A stretch of 64,000 bases of DNA from Candidatus Sysuiplasma jiujiangense. GTDB taxonomy: Archaea; Thermoplasmatota; Thermoplasmata; Sysuiplasmatales; Sysuiplasmataceae. The notes beneath the pieces were generated by a model. That model searched no databases and had not been told where the DNA came from. It worked only from the letters and a program-made list of their open reading frames with translations. Positions within the stretch are counted from its first letter, which is position 1. Each line of letters starts with the position of its first letter. Of this stretch, positions 11,711 to 21,430 are shown piece by piece. The stretch is taken from assembly GCA_019721075.1 (NCBI GenBank), contig JAHEAD010000010.1, forward strand, positions 3,400 to 67,399, given 5' to 3'. A program made the position numbers and the translations under genes.

Positions 11711-13029
11711 ACGAATTCCCCCGCGATCCTTGCCGCCCTGATGATCTCTTCCTCGGTTGTGCTTTCGCTTACCGCCCATAGCACGGAACTTTCCATGCCG
11801 TCGACAATGCCGTCCAGCTGAAGTCCTCCGATTATTCCATGTTTCAGGAGCTCCTCAATCATTCGTCCGGTATCCGAATGGGATGATGACACGAATTCGT
11901 TGAAGCCGGGTCCTTTGAATGGTATCTCCGAACCGTGCTCCGCAAAAAGTTCCATCGCCCTGCGTCTGTTTCTTTCAGTTCTGCTTGCCACGTCTGCGAG
12001 GCCTTCCGGTCCCATCGCAGCGACATACACGGACGCGGCAACCGCGAGCAGCGTCTGATTCGTGCAGACGTTCGAGGTTGCCTTGGAGCGCCGTATATGC
12101 TGCTCCCTTGCCTGAAGCGTCAGGCAGAAGGATCTTTTACCTTCCGAATCAACGGTTGCGCCCACAATTCTTCCAGGCATTTTCCTGACATGCTCCCTGC
12201 GGCAGCCGAATATACCTAGAAAAGGTCCGCCGAAATTCATGTTGAGTCCGAGCGACTGCCCTTCGCCCACGACAATGTCCGCACCGTATTCTCCCGGCGG
12301 AATTACGGTGGCGAGCGAGAGAGGATTTACACCCGCCACGAGCATCGCGTTTCCGATCATGCCCTTGAGCTCCGTTATGTCTTCCTGATAGAGGCCGAGA
12401 AAATTGGGCATTTCGATATAGACGCCTGCAGCTCCCTGCTTCGCAATGGCCGATATCTCGCGCAGTTCTGCCTGACCGTTGTTCCTGTTGAATGGATATT
12501 CCCTGACTTCGAGCCCCATTCCGGCTACGTAATTTCGCAGGACGGATTTCTTCCATGGGGCCATGGCGGCGGGGATCAGGAAGAAACTGCCGTCGCTTAT
12601 CCTGCCGCACATGCAGGCCGCCTCGCCGAGCGCACTTGCACCGTCATAAAGGGATGCATTGATCACGTCCATTCCGGTCAGCTCGGCCAGCAGGCTCTGA
12701 TACTCGAAAATAAGCTGAAGAAGCCCCTGGCTCAGCTCAGACTGGTAAGGTGTATAGGATGTGTAGAGCTCAGATCTTCCCACGACTTGCTGGACTATGG
12801 CGGGTATGAATGTGTTGTACACGCCTCCGCCGAGAAAACAGGCATATTCGGAACAGTCCGTGTTGGCATTGAGCACATTGTGCAGATGTCGTAGAACCTC
12901 GATTTCACTCATACCGTCAGGGAGATTAAGTCCGTCCGATCTGAATTTGACCGGTATGTCAGCAAAAAGTTCATCTACCGAGCCCAGACCCAGAAAACTG
13001 AGCATTTCCTGATTTTCCTTGGGATCCAT
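11707..13029 (-). CDS. gcvPA: Glycine dehydrogenase (decarboxylating) subunit 1
   Basis: MDPKENQEMLSFLGLGSVDELFADIP...FLGGGVYN... is the typical GcvPA N-terminus. It is co-directional with gcvPB. Confidence 0.85.
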   Translation of the reverse strand: MDPKENQEMLSFLGLGSVDELFADIPVKFRSDGLNLPDGMSEIEVLRHLHNVLNANTDCSEYACFLGGGVYNTFIPAIVQQVVGRSELYTSYTPYQSELSQGLLQLIFEYQSLLAELTGMDVINASLYDGASALGEAACMCGRISDGSFFLIPAAMAPWKKSVLRNYVAGMGLEVREYPFNRNNGQAELREISAIAKQGAAGVYIEMPNFLGLYQEDITELKGMIGNAMLVAGVNPLSLATVIPPGEYGADIVVGEGQSLGLNMNFGGPFLGIFGCRREHVRKMPGRIVGATVDSEGKRSFCLTLQAREQHIRRSKATSNVCTNQTLLAVAASVYVAAMGPEGLADVASRTERNRRRAMELFAEHGSEIPFKGPGFNEFVSSSHSDTGRMIEELLKHGIIGGLQLDGIVDGMESSVLWAVSESTTEEEIIRAARIAGEFV

Positions 13030-13075
13030 CGGTGACGGTCTAAAGTCGACTATGACTTAATCTTTCCTGAGCGCA

Positions 13076-13759
13076 TTATCGGCCATCTGCGTCAATTATG
13101 ACGGCTGCCTCTCTTTCTATGAGTATCTTCGCATAACGTTCCGGCAGATTTGCAACGTCTCCACGAGAAGCCCTGATGCTGCCGAATTCCGTTGTGAATT
13201 CCGGTATATCGGAAACAAACCTTATAAGGAGCATTTTGTTCCCGCCCAGCGTATCCTCTGATGATGCAGTACGCGGATGCTCCTCACTGACATGCACTGA
13301 ATCGCCGTCTGTTCGCTGCACCTCTTTTCCTGCCTGCCCGGCCGCCGCTTCTTCAGCGGCGCGGGCAGGATGGACAGTTTCATCCGGACTTCTCATCGCA
13401 GTGTCCTCATGCGCCCTGACCAGTTTTCTGGCCGAGGTGAAAAATTCCCTCTCCTCGTCTGCCAGCCCCCGGATCTCGTAATCCTCCTGCTTCCTCTGAC
13501 TCACTGCAAGGAGCAGCAGCTTGCGCGTCCTGAATTCCCATATGTGGCGAAGGAGCTTCACCGTTTCTCTAATCTGGGCAGATGCGGTGACGGCGTACTC
13601 TGTGCCTGGTGCAGATTTGCTCTCAGTCCTCAGTTCCTCGATGTAAGCCCTCGCCTTTGCGTAGAAATCAGGCGGTATTTCTGCAAGGGGCTCCTTCCGT
13701 TCGTTTCTGTAGATCTTTGTGATTTCGCTGTAATTGACCCGGTATTCGTCGGAGACCAT
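13076..13759 (-). CDS. Probable GINS subunit (Gins15/Gins51-like), with an acidic linker
   Basis: The N-terminal helical A-domain (EIPPDFYAKARAYIEELR...RLLLLAV) and the C-terminal small beta B-domain (LLIRFVSDIPEFTTEFGSIRASRGDVANLPERYAKILIEREAAVII) fit the archaeal Gins51 pattern. Confidence 0.5.
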   Translation of the reverse strand: MVSDEYRVNYSEITKIYRNERKEPLAEIPPDFYAKARAYIEELRTESKSAPGTEYAVTASAQIRETVKLLRHIWEFRTRKLLLLAVSQRKQEDYEIRGLADEEREFFTSARKLVRAHEDTAMRSPDETVHPARAAEEAAAGQAGKEVQRTDGDSVHVSEEHPRTASSEDTLGGNKMLLIRFVSDIPEFTTEFGSIRASRGDVANLPERYAKILIEREAAVIIDADGR

Positions 13760-13836
13760 CGTTAAATGATACGAGCGACATTATAAGAAACCTTTTTTTA
13801 TTCATGCTGTGATAGGACTTCAAAACGGCCGCTTCC

Positions 13837-14238
13837 ATGAACTCTTCCGTTAAAATGCTCGAAAAGATGGAAAAGCTGATTGACGAGCTATCGGAACTCA
13901 ATACACAGTTTCCAATAGTAGTTGAAGGCATCAACGACAGGAAGGCTATGAGAAAACTCGGCATAGGAGGGGAAATTTTTGTTCTCAACGGCCGGCATAC
14001 GCTGTTCGAAATGTGCGAAGAAATGAGCAGAAGCTACAGAAAAGTCATAATAATGACCGACTGGGACAGGAAAGGGGGGCAGCTGTGCCGGGCGCTTTCA
14101 AACGGCTTCATTTCCAACGGTGTAAAAACGGTAGAGCATCTAAGGGCGCAGATCGCTTCCCTGAGCGTAGGGGAGTCCAAGGATGTTGAGGGCCTGCCGT
14201 CGTTTTACGAACGGCTGCGCAAACGAGCGCTCAGGTAA
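13837..14238 (+). CDS. Small stand-alone Toprim-domain protein
   Basis: IVVEGINDRKAM is the conserved Glu region, and IIMTDWDRKGG is the DxDxxG Toprim signature. It is about 130 aa and divergent from the GINS gene. Confidence 0.5.
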   Translation: MNSSVKMLEKMEKLIDELSELNTQFPIVVEGINDRKAMRKLGIGGEIFVLNGRHTLFEMCEEMSRSYRKVIIMTDWDRKGGQLCRALSNGFISNGVKTVEHLRAQIASLSVGESKDVEGLPSFYERLRKRALR

Positions 14239-14293
14239 CTCGTGTCGCCCTTTCGGCATTGTGCGAAACACATCCGTTGCACTGAATTTCGAA

Positions 14294-16081
14294 TCATTCA
14301 TCAGATGCATACAGCGTCTCTCCCCTCTCAAGCCTTGTTGCAATGCTGAATGTCTGCAGATCGGCTCTGTCTGTGGGTGAATGGGCTGCCACATACCGGG
14401 CTGCGGCGATCGCAACCAGTCTTGCGGATTCCGCAGACAGTTTTCCCCGCCTGACAATATTCATGCAGGCATCAATCAGCTGGTATGTGTGGAATTCCGC
14501 ATCCTCCCGCAGAACACATTTTGCAAGCAGTTTCATCAGACCCAAAATTTCGCCTCCGCGGGCAAGATATGTGTTCACCAGATCCTTTGCCCTTCCCACG
14601 TCCTTCGCGTTCATGGATTTTTCAAGTTCGTCAAGCGGCGACTGGACACCTGACACAACCGAATGAACCTGGTCAATGTCCGCTGCGGGCATGTTTAGGA
14701 AACGGTTCAGATAAGTGTTCATTGCACCGTGGTAAATTGCTTTTATTACAGGTTCGTTGGAGAGCACCCTGGATGCCGAGTTGTACACCGCATTGGAATA
14801 TGTGAATGCATGAAGGACGGTGATCCAGTCGTCGAATTCGTTCTGATCGTGGAAGAGGGCAATTCTGAATGCGGATGCAAGTGTCAGTGAAAAAGCACAG
14901 TCGAGTGTCGTCCACCCCGATTTCAGCCTGCTTTCTATTGCCGAAAGTATTGCTTCAGGTTCGCCTTCAACGATCTTCCACGCAAGAGCATCTATCTCTT
15001 CCGCAGATGCGTTTCTGTTCCCTCCATTATTCGCGATTGAACCTGCACGACCTTCATATTCGGACAAAAGCGACGCAATATCGACCGGATTCCTCCAGGC
15101 ACTGTCCTCCTCGTGTCTCCTTGCATTGCACAGCTGCCTCACGACCGACAGTAGTGTCTGTGGCGCACTTTCCCAGCCGATTGTATCCAGCAGGTCAAAA
15201 GCTTTGTTTATGAAATCGTAGACATGCCCGCCGTCAATGAAAATATGGTCCGTTGCAGCCTGCAGCAGGGCAGTGGCGCAATCATTTTTCGTGGAAAGGC
15301 ATGCCATCGTCAGTAGCGTGCGCATTGCAGCGTCCGGCTCACGCTGCTCTACGAAAGTCCTCAGCCAGAGGGATAGATTTCGCATGCCGTCATGCGAGAC
15401 CGGATGTCCAAGCGGTTCCACCTGCGGTCTGTCGGCTCCGTTGAAATAATCACCGGCGACATGCATTACACCCTTGAACAAAGCCGTTTCTGCCCACTCC
15501 CTGTCCAGAAACGGAATTATGTTTCCCATGCAGGTAAGTATTGTAAGTCCGGAAGCCCATCCGCGCTGCTTTACAGTACCGTAGGCCGAGGCAATGGAAA
15601 GTATCCTTTTCCCGCCTTCCTCCAGGCCACGCTGATTCACTTCACGTATGATGGATTTGGCAATCACAAGATTGATCGACTGCACTATCCCGGTCCTGAG
15701 TCTCGAATCTATTTGTTCGAGGACACTGCCGCCTCGGCTGACTGCCTTGTCTTCGATGAAGACACGGCCGTCATGTGTCCTCACCTCAAAAACAGCCGCA
15801 TCGTCAGCAAAGAGATCAAAGGTGCAGCCGCTCTCTGCATCGAATCTTGCGTGGTGCCAGTGGCAGGTCAGCATACCCTGCTTCAACGTTCCCTTTGAAA
15901 GAGGGTACCCCATGTGCGGGCACCGGTTATCTAAAGCATATATCCTTCCGCCTTCGTAAAAGAGTGCCACAGGGCGCCCGGATACGGTAACGGTTTTGAC
16001 ACCGGCGTGCATCAGCTCGTCAACAGAGCACACATCCGTGCGATCTGTTTTTCCCTTTCCATCCGTCATGTTTGGGGACAT
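14294..16081 (-). CDS. Rieske [2Fe-2S] domain protein fused to a large (about 470 aa) uncharacterised all-alpha domain
   Basis: CPHMGYPL...CHWHHARFD (CxH...CxxH Rieske ligands) sits in the first ~110 aa. The remainder is helical with no recognisable motif. Confidence 0.55.
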   Translation of the reverse strand: MSPNMTDGKGKTDRTDVCSVDELMHAGVKTVTVSGRPVALFYEGGRIYALDNRCPHMGYPLSKGTLKQGMLTCHWHHARFDAESGCTFDLFADDAAVFEVRTHDGRVFIEDKAVSRGGSVLEQIDSRLRTGIVQSINLVIAKSIIREVNQRGLEEGGKRILSIASAYGTVKQRGWASGLTILTCMGNIIPFLDREWAETALFKGVMHVAGDYFNGADRPQVEPLGHPVSHDGMRNLSLWLRTFVEQREPDAAMRTLLTMACLSTKNDCATALLQAATDHIFIDGGHVYDFINKAFDLLDTIGWESAPQTLLSVVRQLCNARRHEEDSAWRNPVDIASLLSEYEGRAGSIANNGGNRNASAEEIDALAWKIVEGEPEAILSAIESRLKSGWTTLDCAFSLTLASAFRIALFHDQNEFDDWITVLHAFTYSNAVYNSASRVLSNEPVIKAIYHGAMNTYLNRFLNMPAADIDQVHSVVSGVQSPLDELEKSMNAKDVGRAKDLVNTYLARGGEILGLMKLLAKCVLREDAEFHTYQLIDACMNIVRRGKLSAESARLVAIAAARYVAAHSPTDRADLQTFSIATRLERGETLYASDE

Positions 16082-16507
16082 TGCGAAGAGAATCCGGAGC
16101 AGGTTATTTAAAATTAATTGTTTATAAATTTTATGAATATCACGGCGACCACACTGCTGAAGCAGCCGGGACTGCAGGTCTCCCAGGCCTGCCGTTGAAT
16201 TGCAGCTGAAATTCGTACTGCGTAACGTAGCAGCTTATTCCGCCGCGGCTCATCAAACGGGAATAATTCCATTCGCTCATTTTCAGGTTCGGCATCAGCC
16301 GCACGGTGATGCGAGTTTCGAGACCGGCGTTCAGATGGGAGTCTGCACGCGCAATGAGAACATATCCGGCGGCTGAGAAGACAGCATCTTCTCAAGATGG
16401 CAGGCAGCCTGTTTACTTGCCCGAAATTCAACAGGTGCACATAACAGTCGCCGCGCCGCACAGATCATGTTTGCCATTTCAGGACAGAGATTCACCGATC
16501 TAAGAAA

Positions 16508-16530
16508 AGTTATTAATTATCCTCCAATAT
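16508..16530 (+). promoter_or_regulatory. AT-rich TATA-like element upstream of tRNA-Lys
   Basis: AAAGTTATTAATTATCC lies about 20-35 nt upstream of tRNA position 1. Confidence 0.3.
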
Positions 16531-16543
16531 GGACGCGCCTGAC

Positions 16544-16640
16544 GGGTCCGTAGCTCAGCTAGGTAGAGCAATCGGCTCTTAACCGAAAGGTCGAGGGTTC
16601 GAATGACAGTATATGTCCGAACATCCCTCCGGGCCCGCCA
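16544..16640 (+). tRNA. tRNA-Lys (anticodon CUU) with a putative 20-nt intron in the T-loop (non-canonical position, about 59/60); CCA encoded
   Basis: The acceptor is GGGTCCG/CGGGCCC (U4:G69 wobble). The D-arm is GCTC-AGCTAGGTA-GAGC, the anticodon loop is CTCTTAA, and the T-arm is GAGGG-TTCGAAT[gacagtatatgtccgaacat]CCCTC. The discriminator is G, followed by CCA. Confidence 0.6.
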
Positions 16641-16867
16641 TCCGGTGATGCCGGAAAGTTTGCGTGGGGGGCATACTGAATCAGGCTGCCATGCTGCCGG
16701 CATATCGCCGTAACGGCGATTTGATTTGCGGTTCCGGCTGCATCCGTTACTGCCAGTCGTCGCGGCTGAATCTCGCACAACTGTGTGCACATGGAATGGA
16801 CTACCCGAAGGAATTGCCTCGTGGGGATGCGACCATCAGAGGGTGCGCAACATTACTCATTTAATAG

Positions 16868-19357
16868 GTGCAAGCACATGGAAGCCTGATGAAATTCAGG
16901 TGGGTTCCAGTCCTTATTGTAATACTGGTCATACTCTCGTTCTTTTCATCCCAGACCGGACTTTTGAATCCCGCCAATGGCCTCTGGACGACAATCAACA
17001 ATTCACGGTATACTGGAGGAAAACTGAATGTCGCCCACCTTCTTGAACCGGTCAATGTCAGCATAGATAGTTCAGGGGTGGCACATATCGTGGCGCAGAA
17101 CAACCATGACCTTTTTGTGGCGCAGGGATATTACGTGGCGAGCAACAGGCTGTTCCAGATGGAACTGCAGGTGCTGCTTGCATCCGGAAACCTGAGCCGG
17201 TATGTAGGGAAGGCTGCACTTGGTTCTGACATTACAATGCATCTCATCGGCCTGCCGCAGGATGCCTATCGTCTCCAGATGCTCCTGAAGGAAGAGTATC
17301 CGCAGTACTACGCATACCTCTCCGACTACAGCACCGGTGTCAACGATTTCATCAACCATACGCAGAATTCGCTTCCATTCGGATTCAAACTTCTTGGGTT
17401 TCATCCATTCTACTGGACGCCTTTCGACATACTCGTGTGGCAGGAATTCATGTCATGGTCGCTCATTACGGGTTCGTCGGACCCGCTTGCATCCGCCATT
17501 ATGTACAATGCGTTCGGATTCAGCAACCTGACACAGATATGGCCATACTACCCGTATTACACGCAGTCGGTGACAGTTGTTCCGGGAAGCGGCAGTGTTA
17601 ACGGATACGGGCTTTCCTCCCAGTCCGTTCCTCCCGGATACCTCTGGTCTCAAAACTGGTATTCCCAGTGGGCAACCGGTGTAAACACATCGTATCTCGG
17701 GACTTTACAGACACTGCTCTTCGGGGCGCTGGAAAACATCTCTGATCCGTACGCCGGGATAATGACCAGCTATCTGGACAATGGCGTCGGCAGCAACAGC
17801 TGGGTTGTGGCTTCATCCTATTCGACAGACCATAATCCGATACTGGCAAACGATCCACACCTGACGCTGTATGCTCCGTCGCTCTGGATACCGTTGCAGC
17901 TTAAGGACAGCAGCATGAATGTAACAGGATGGGCCCTTGCAGGCATTCCCGGAATACTGATTGGCCATACAAGCAGAACTGCGTGGGGTCTGACAACACC
18001 TGAAGGCAACTCTGCCAACGATTATCTTGAAATCCTTCAGGGCAACAGCTACCTTTATGATGGCACCTGGCATCCTATGACCGTCCTGAATTATACGCTG
18101 CTTGGCCACATACACAGCATTTACTATACGAACAACGGGCCGCTCATTGCAAGGAGTGCGAACGCAGGCATCAGCATGCGCTGGTCAACACCTTCCTCAT
18201 CGCTGGATCTGGTGGCAGAAATAATGCTTGACCAGTCTGGCAATTACACGCAGATGGTGGATGCACTGCAATACTGGGGATCGCCGCCTCAGAACTTTGC
18301 GCTTGTTTCAGTACACAATGCCGGAATAATTACTGCCGGAAAATATCCGCTGATAAATGAGACACTGCCTGACGGAAAAACTGTCAGCGTGGTCGGATCC
18401 AGGACTCTGCTGAACGGGACTACCGGGGCCTACGAGCCTGTGGGATATGTTCCATTCAAGTACCTGCCCCAGGCGGAGAATCCGGCAAGAGGCTTCCTGT
18501 TTGCGCCCAACCAGCCCACGGCAGGCATGAACTACCCGTACCCGTTCATAGGCGGTTTCTGGGCTTCAGGCGGCAGGGCCGAAACAATATTTCACTTCCT
18601 GAATAACAGCGGGGGCATGGACATTCGGCTGATGATGTCTCTGCAGTCCAATGTCAGCGATTACTGGGCGAGCCAGTTTACTCCGCTTGTAGTGAAGGCT
18701 CTGTCTGGACTGACCATGACTCAGGTGCAGAGCGAAGCCTACCAGTATCTTGCGTCGTGGAACTACACGGCTTATCAGGACGAGGTAGGAATCACCGTTT
18801 ACTGGTATTTCCTGTCGGAATTTTACAACATGACATTTGACCGAATCTACCAGGATCACGGCCTTTCCGGTATGCCGTCGCCTTACACATCCTCTGCAAT
18901 ATATCTTGCACAGAATGCTCCGGATTCGTTCTGGTTCAACGGCAATTTTACGGCGACGGCGAGGGCCGCATTTTCGGCTGCCGTCCAGTTCCTTGCACAG
19001 AAACTCGGTGCAGTAAGCGGATGGACTTGGGGTAGGGTCCACAGGCTGGAAATTTCCAGCTACACGGGACTCAGCGCACTGTCCATAGGGCCTATCCCGA
19101 TATGGGGCGACAGCCATACAGTCAGTGTCGGCGGAGTTCCGCTCAGCCTTGCTGTTCCGGAACAGAATGTTACAGTGAGCTCGTCGCTGAGAGAAATAGC
19201 CGAACCCGCTTCCGGCACATTCTTCGGAGTTTTTCCCGGCGGACCGAGCGAGAATATACTGAGCCATTATTTTGACAACCAGCTTCAGACCTGGATTAAT
19301 CATGGATATTACGACATGAGCACTCAGAGGACGGTGTATTTTTACGAATATACGTAG
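16868..19357 (+). CDS. Penicillin amidase / Ntn-hydrolase family acylase (secreted or membrane-anchored)
   Basis: It has an N-terminal signal/TM (VPVLIVILVILSFF) and the nucleophile-containing block GVGSNSWVVASSYSTDHNPILANDPHL typical of penicillin G acylase-like proteins. There are many N-x-S/T sequons. Confidence 0.75.
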   Translation: MQAHGSLMKFRWVPVLIVILVILSFFSSQTGLLNPANGLWTTINNSRYTGGKLNVAHLLEPVNVSIDSSGVAHIVAQNNHDLFVAQGYYVASNRLFQMELQVLLASGNLSRYVGKAALGSDITMHLIGLPQDAYRLQMLLKEEYPQYYAYLSDYSTGVNDFINHTQNSLPFGFKLLGFHPFYWTPFDILVWQEFMSWSLITGSSDPLASAIMYNAFGFSNLTQIWPYYPYYTQSVTVVPGSGSVNGYGLSSQSVPPGYLWSQNWYSQWATGVNTSYLGTLQTLLFGALENISDPYAGIMTSYLDNGVGSNSWVVASSYSTDHNPILANDPHLTLYAPSLWIPLQLKDSSMNVTGWALAGIPGILIGHTSRTAWGLTTPEGNSANDYLEILQGNSYLYDGTWHPMTVLNYTLLGHIHSIYYTNNGPLIARSANAGISMRWSTPSSSLDLVAEIMLDQSGNYTQMVDALQYWGSPPQNFALVSVHNAGIITAGKYPLINETLPDGKTVSVVGSRTLLNGTTGAYEPVGYVPFKYLPQAENPARGFLFAPNQPTAGMNYPYPFIGGFWASGGRAETIFHFLNNSGGMDIRLMMSLQSNVSDYWASQFTPLVVKALSGLTMTQVQSEAYQYLASWNYTAYQDEVGITVYWYFLSEFYNMTFDRIYQDHGLSGMPSPYTSSAIYLAQNAPDSFWFNGNFTATARAAFSAAVQFLAQKLGAVSGWTWGRVHRLEISSYTGLSALSIGPIPIWGDSHTVSVGGVPLSLAVPEQNVTVSSSLREIAEPASGTFFGVFPGGPSENILSHYFDNQLQTWINHGYYDMSTQRTVYFYEYT

Positions 19358-19370
19358 AGTCATCGAGCAG

Positions 19371-19754
19371 GTGGCACTGGTTGTGATCGCTGTTGCACTC
19401 GCATATCTCGTGATGGAGGCGACACCGTATGCCCTCCTGGCAATCGTGGCGGCTGTCCCGCTTTTCCGGTTCAGCAAAAAGACGGGTTTCATCGCAGGAC
19501 TGGTAATAGGTTTCCTTGTTCCTGTTTCCACCTACCTGAGCTATCCTGCTTCAGATGTTGCGAAACTGTCTGATATCATATCTTCTATTGCCGGCCTGCC
19601 CGTTGTTGCAGTGGTTTTCCTCTATCCGATTGTGTTTGCGCTGATCATGGGATTTTCGGCACTCCTGTTTTCAGGCACATATGAGGAATTAATGAAGCGG
19701 CGGAAACGCGCTGACATTAAAAGCGGCGGCGAATCGCATGGGGAGGCATCATGA
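19371..19754 (+). CDS. Small polytopic membrane protein, unknown function
   Basis: There are four hydrophobic segments. It lies immediately downstream of the acylase gene. Confidence 0.35.
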   Translation: MALVVIAVALAYLVMEATPYALLAIVAAVPLFRFSKKTGFIAGLVIGFLVPVSTYLSYPASDVAKLSDIISSIAGLPVVAVVFLYPIVFALIMGFSALLFSGTYEELMKRRKRADIKSGGESHGEAS

Positions 19755-20224
19755 ACATAAGGCCGAATAATGCGGATGCGATGGTGCAATAGCGTGTGCA
19801 TTGCACTTTCGGGCAGCACAGAAAGGATTTATTTTGCATTGGCGCAGTGGATGGCGATGAGGAAGCAAATGCCTGACCGCTTGCAACCAGTACAGACAGC
19901 AGCGCGAATGATGCTGCCGCGCCCGCAACTGCACCACTGCTTCCGCTCAGTTTTGCAGCCGTCGTCTTTGGTATCGGCCAATGAATATTGACCGTTTTTG
20001 ACAAATCTTAACCAAATCACCGCGACAGGGACAGCGTTTTTCAGCGCCGGAAGGAGCAGCGTCCCCGGGGACAGCCGGGCGGCACCTGAAAAATGGGCAG
20101 TCAACAATAAATAACAGGAAATTACGATGCAGGAGGGGATCACTTCATATTAGTTGACACTATGGAACAGTAAAGGGAGAGTGCATCTGATGACAGCCGG
20201 GACAGAACATGGGAGAAGGAGACG

Positions 20225-20995
20225 ATGAAGAAAATAATGTTTGTAGGAACAGCAGGAGCAGGTAAAACCACACTCACAGCCGCCTTTCAAAACTGGATGC
20301 ACGATAACGGCCACGACGCAATAACGCTCAACCTTGATCCTGGGGCTGAAAAGCTTCCATATCAGCCTGATGTGGACATCAGGGACTGGGTAAAGCTCGA
20401 CGAGGTCGTAAAGGAGTACAGCCTCGGACCAAACGGAGCTCAGATTGCGGCTGCCGACATGCTCGCCCTCAATATGGAAAAGGTGCTGGAGCCGGTAGAA
20501 AAGATTGACAGCGATTATCTGCTCGTTGACACGCCGGGACAGCTGGAGCTCTTTGCCTACAGGCAATCAGGAAATGTTGTGCTGCAGAAGCTGGGAATGG
20601 ATGAAACAGTAATTGCCTTTGTGACAGATCCGTCAATTTGCAAAACACCTTCGGGCTTTGTCTCCTCCGCGCTGCTCTTTGCAAGTGTAAATTTCAGATT
20701 TGATGTGCCTGCGCTTAACGTGCTGACCAAGACCGATACCATTACAGAGGAAGAACTGCAGAACATAATCGGCTGGTCCACTTCGGAGGACAGGCTCTAC
20801 GACGACCTTATGGAGTCGGACATACGATCCGCAAAGCCTCTCAGCCTCGAAATATTCAGGGCGCTGCGGGATGTAGGTGCATATAGCGAGCTGATTGCGG
20901 TGTCTTCCGAAGACTATTCCGGAATGGGAGACATATATACAATGGCTCAGGGCATCTTCCAGGGAGGAGAGGATCTCGACAGGCGTCTTGCCTGA
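20225..20995 (+). CDS. GPN-loop GTPase (PAB0955/XAB1 family)
   Basis: MFVGTAGAGKTTL is the Walker A, LGPNGA is the GPN loop, and LVDTPGQLE is the switch II region. Confidence 0.75.
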   Translation: MKKIMFVGTAGAGKTTLTAAFQNWMHDNGHDAITLNLDPGAEKLPYQPDVDIRDWVKLDEVVKEYSLGPNGAQIAAADMLALNMEKVLEPVEKIDSDYLLVDTPGQLELFAYRQSGNVVLQKLGMDETVIAFVTDPSICKTPSGFVSSALLFASVNFRFDVPALNVLTKTDTITEEELQNIIGWSTSEDRLYDDLMESDIRSAKPLSLEIFRALRDVGAYSELIAVSSEDYSGMGDIYTMAQGIFQGGEDLDRRLA

Positions 20996-21430
20996 ATCTG
21001 CCGCTGTCCGTATTCGCTTCACGACACATTTCCGTCCGAAAATTTACATGCCGCCCATCGTGTGCCGGGGTCTCGCCGGCATTCATGCCCGTTGTGACGG
21101 AGAGGGGCGGGATAGCACTGCCTGCGGTTATTCTGTGAATGGAAACAGGCCATGCGGCTGTTGCGATATTTCCTGACACTGCAGACGACTTCACTTCAGC
21201 TGCCGGAAGTGCATACTGTGCCGATCCGGGAGAGAACGTGTCCTACGGATTTCACATCATTAACGCATCGCCTGATCCTGCCCGCCTTCATCGTACATGG
21301 CCATACGGCAGGACATGGACGGCCCAGGGACGGCAGCCGCATACTGCAGAACTGCTGATGTGACCGCGGTGGGAGCGCCGGGGCTGCCGTGAACATACAG
21401 CGCAGCACAGGTAACGGTCGAAACGGGAAA

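Noticed and set aside
16114-16461. A 115-aa minus-strand ORF between the Rieske gene and tRNA-Lys
   Set aside because: It has Arg/Cys-rich low-complexity sequence and overlaps the AT-rich promoter region of the Rieske gene, with no homology signal. It is probably a spurious ORF in an intergenic promoter region.
20996-21430. A 435-bp convergent intergenic region (GPN-GTPase / ilvD), examined as a possible RNase P or SRP RNA locus
   Set aside because: GC is near the genome average, and none of the conserved RNase P (P4 AGGAAAGUCCGGGC) or SRP helix-8 motifs could be found by eye on either strand. It is kept only as an unexplained long spacer.
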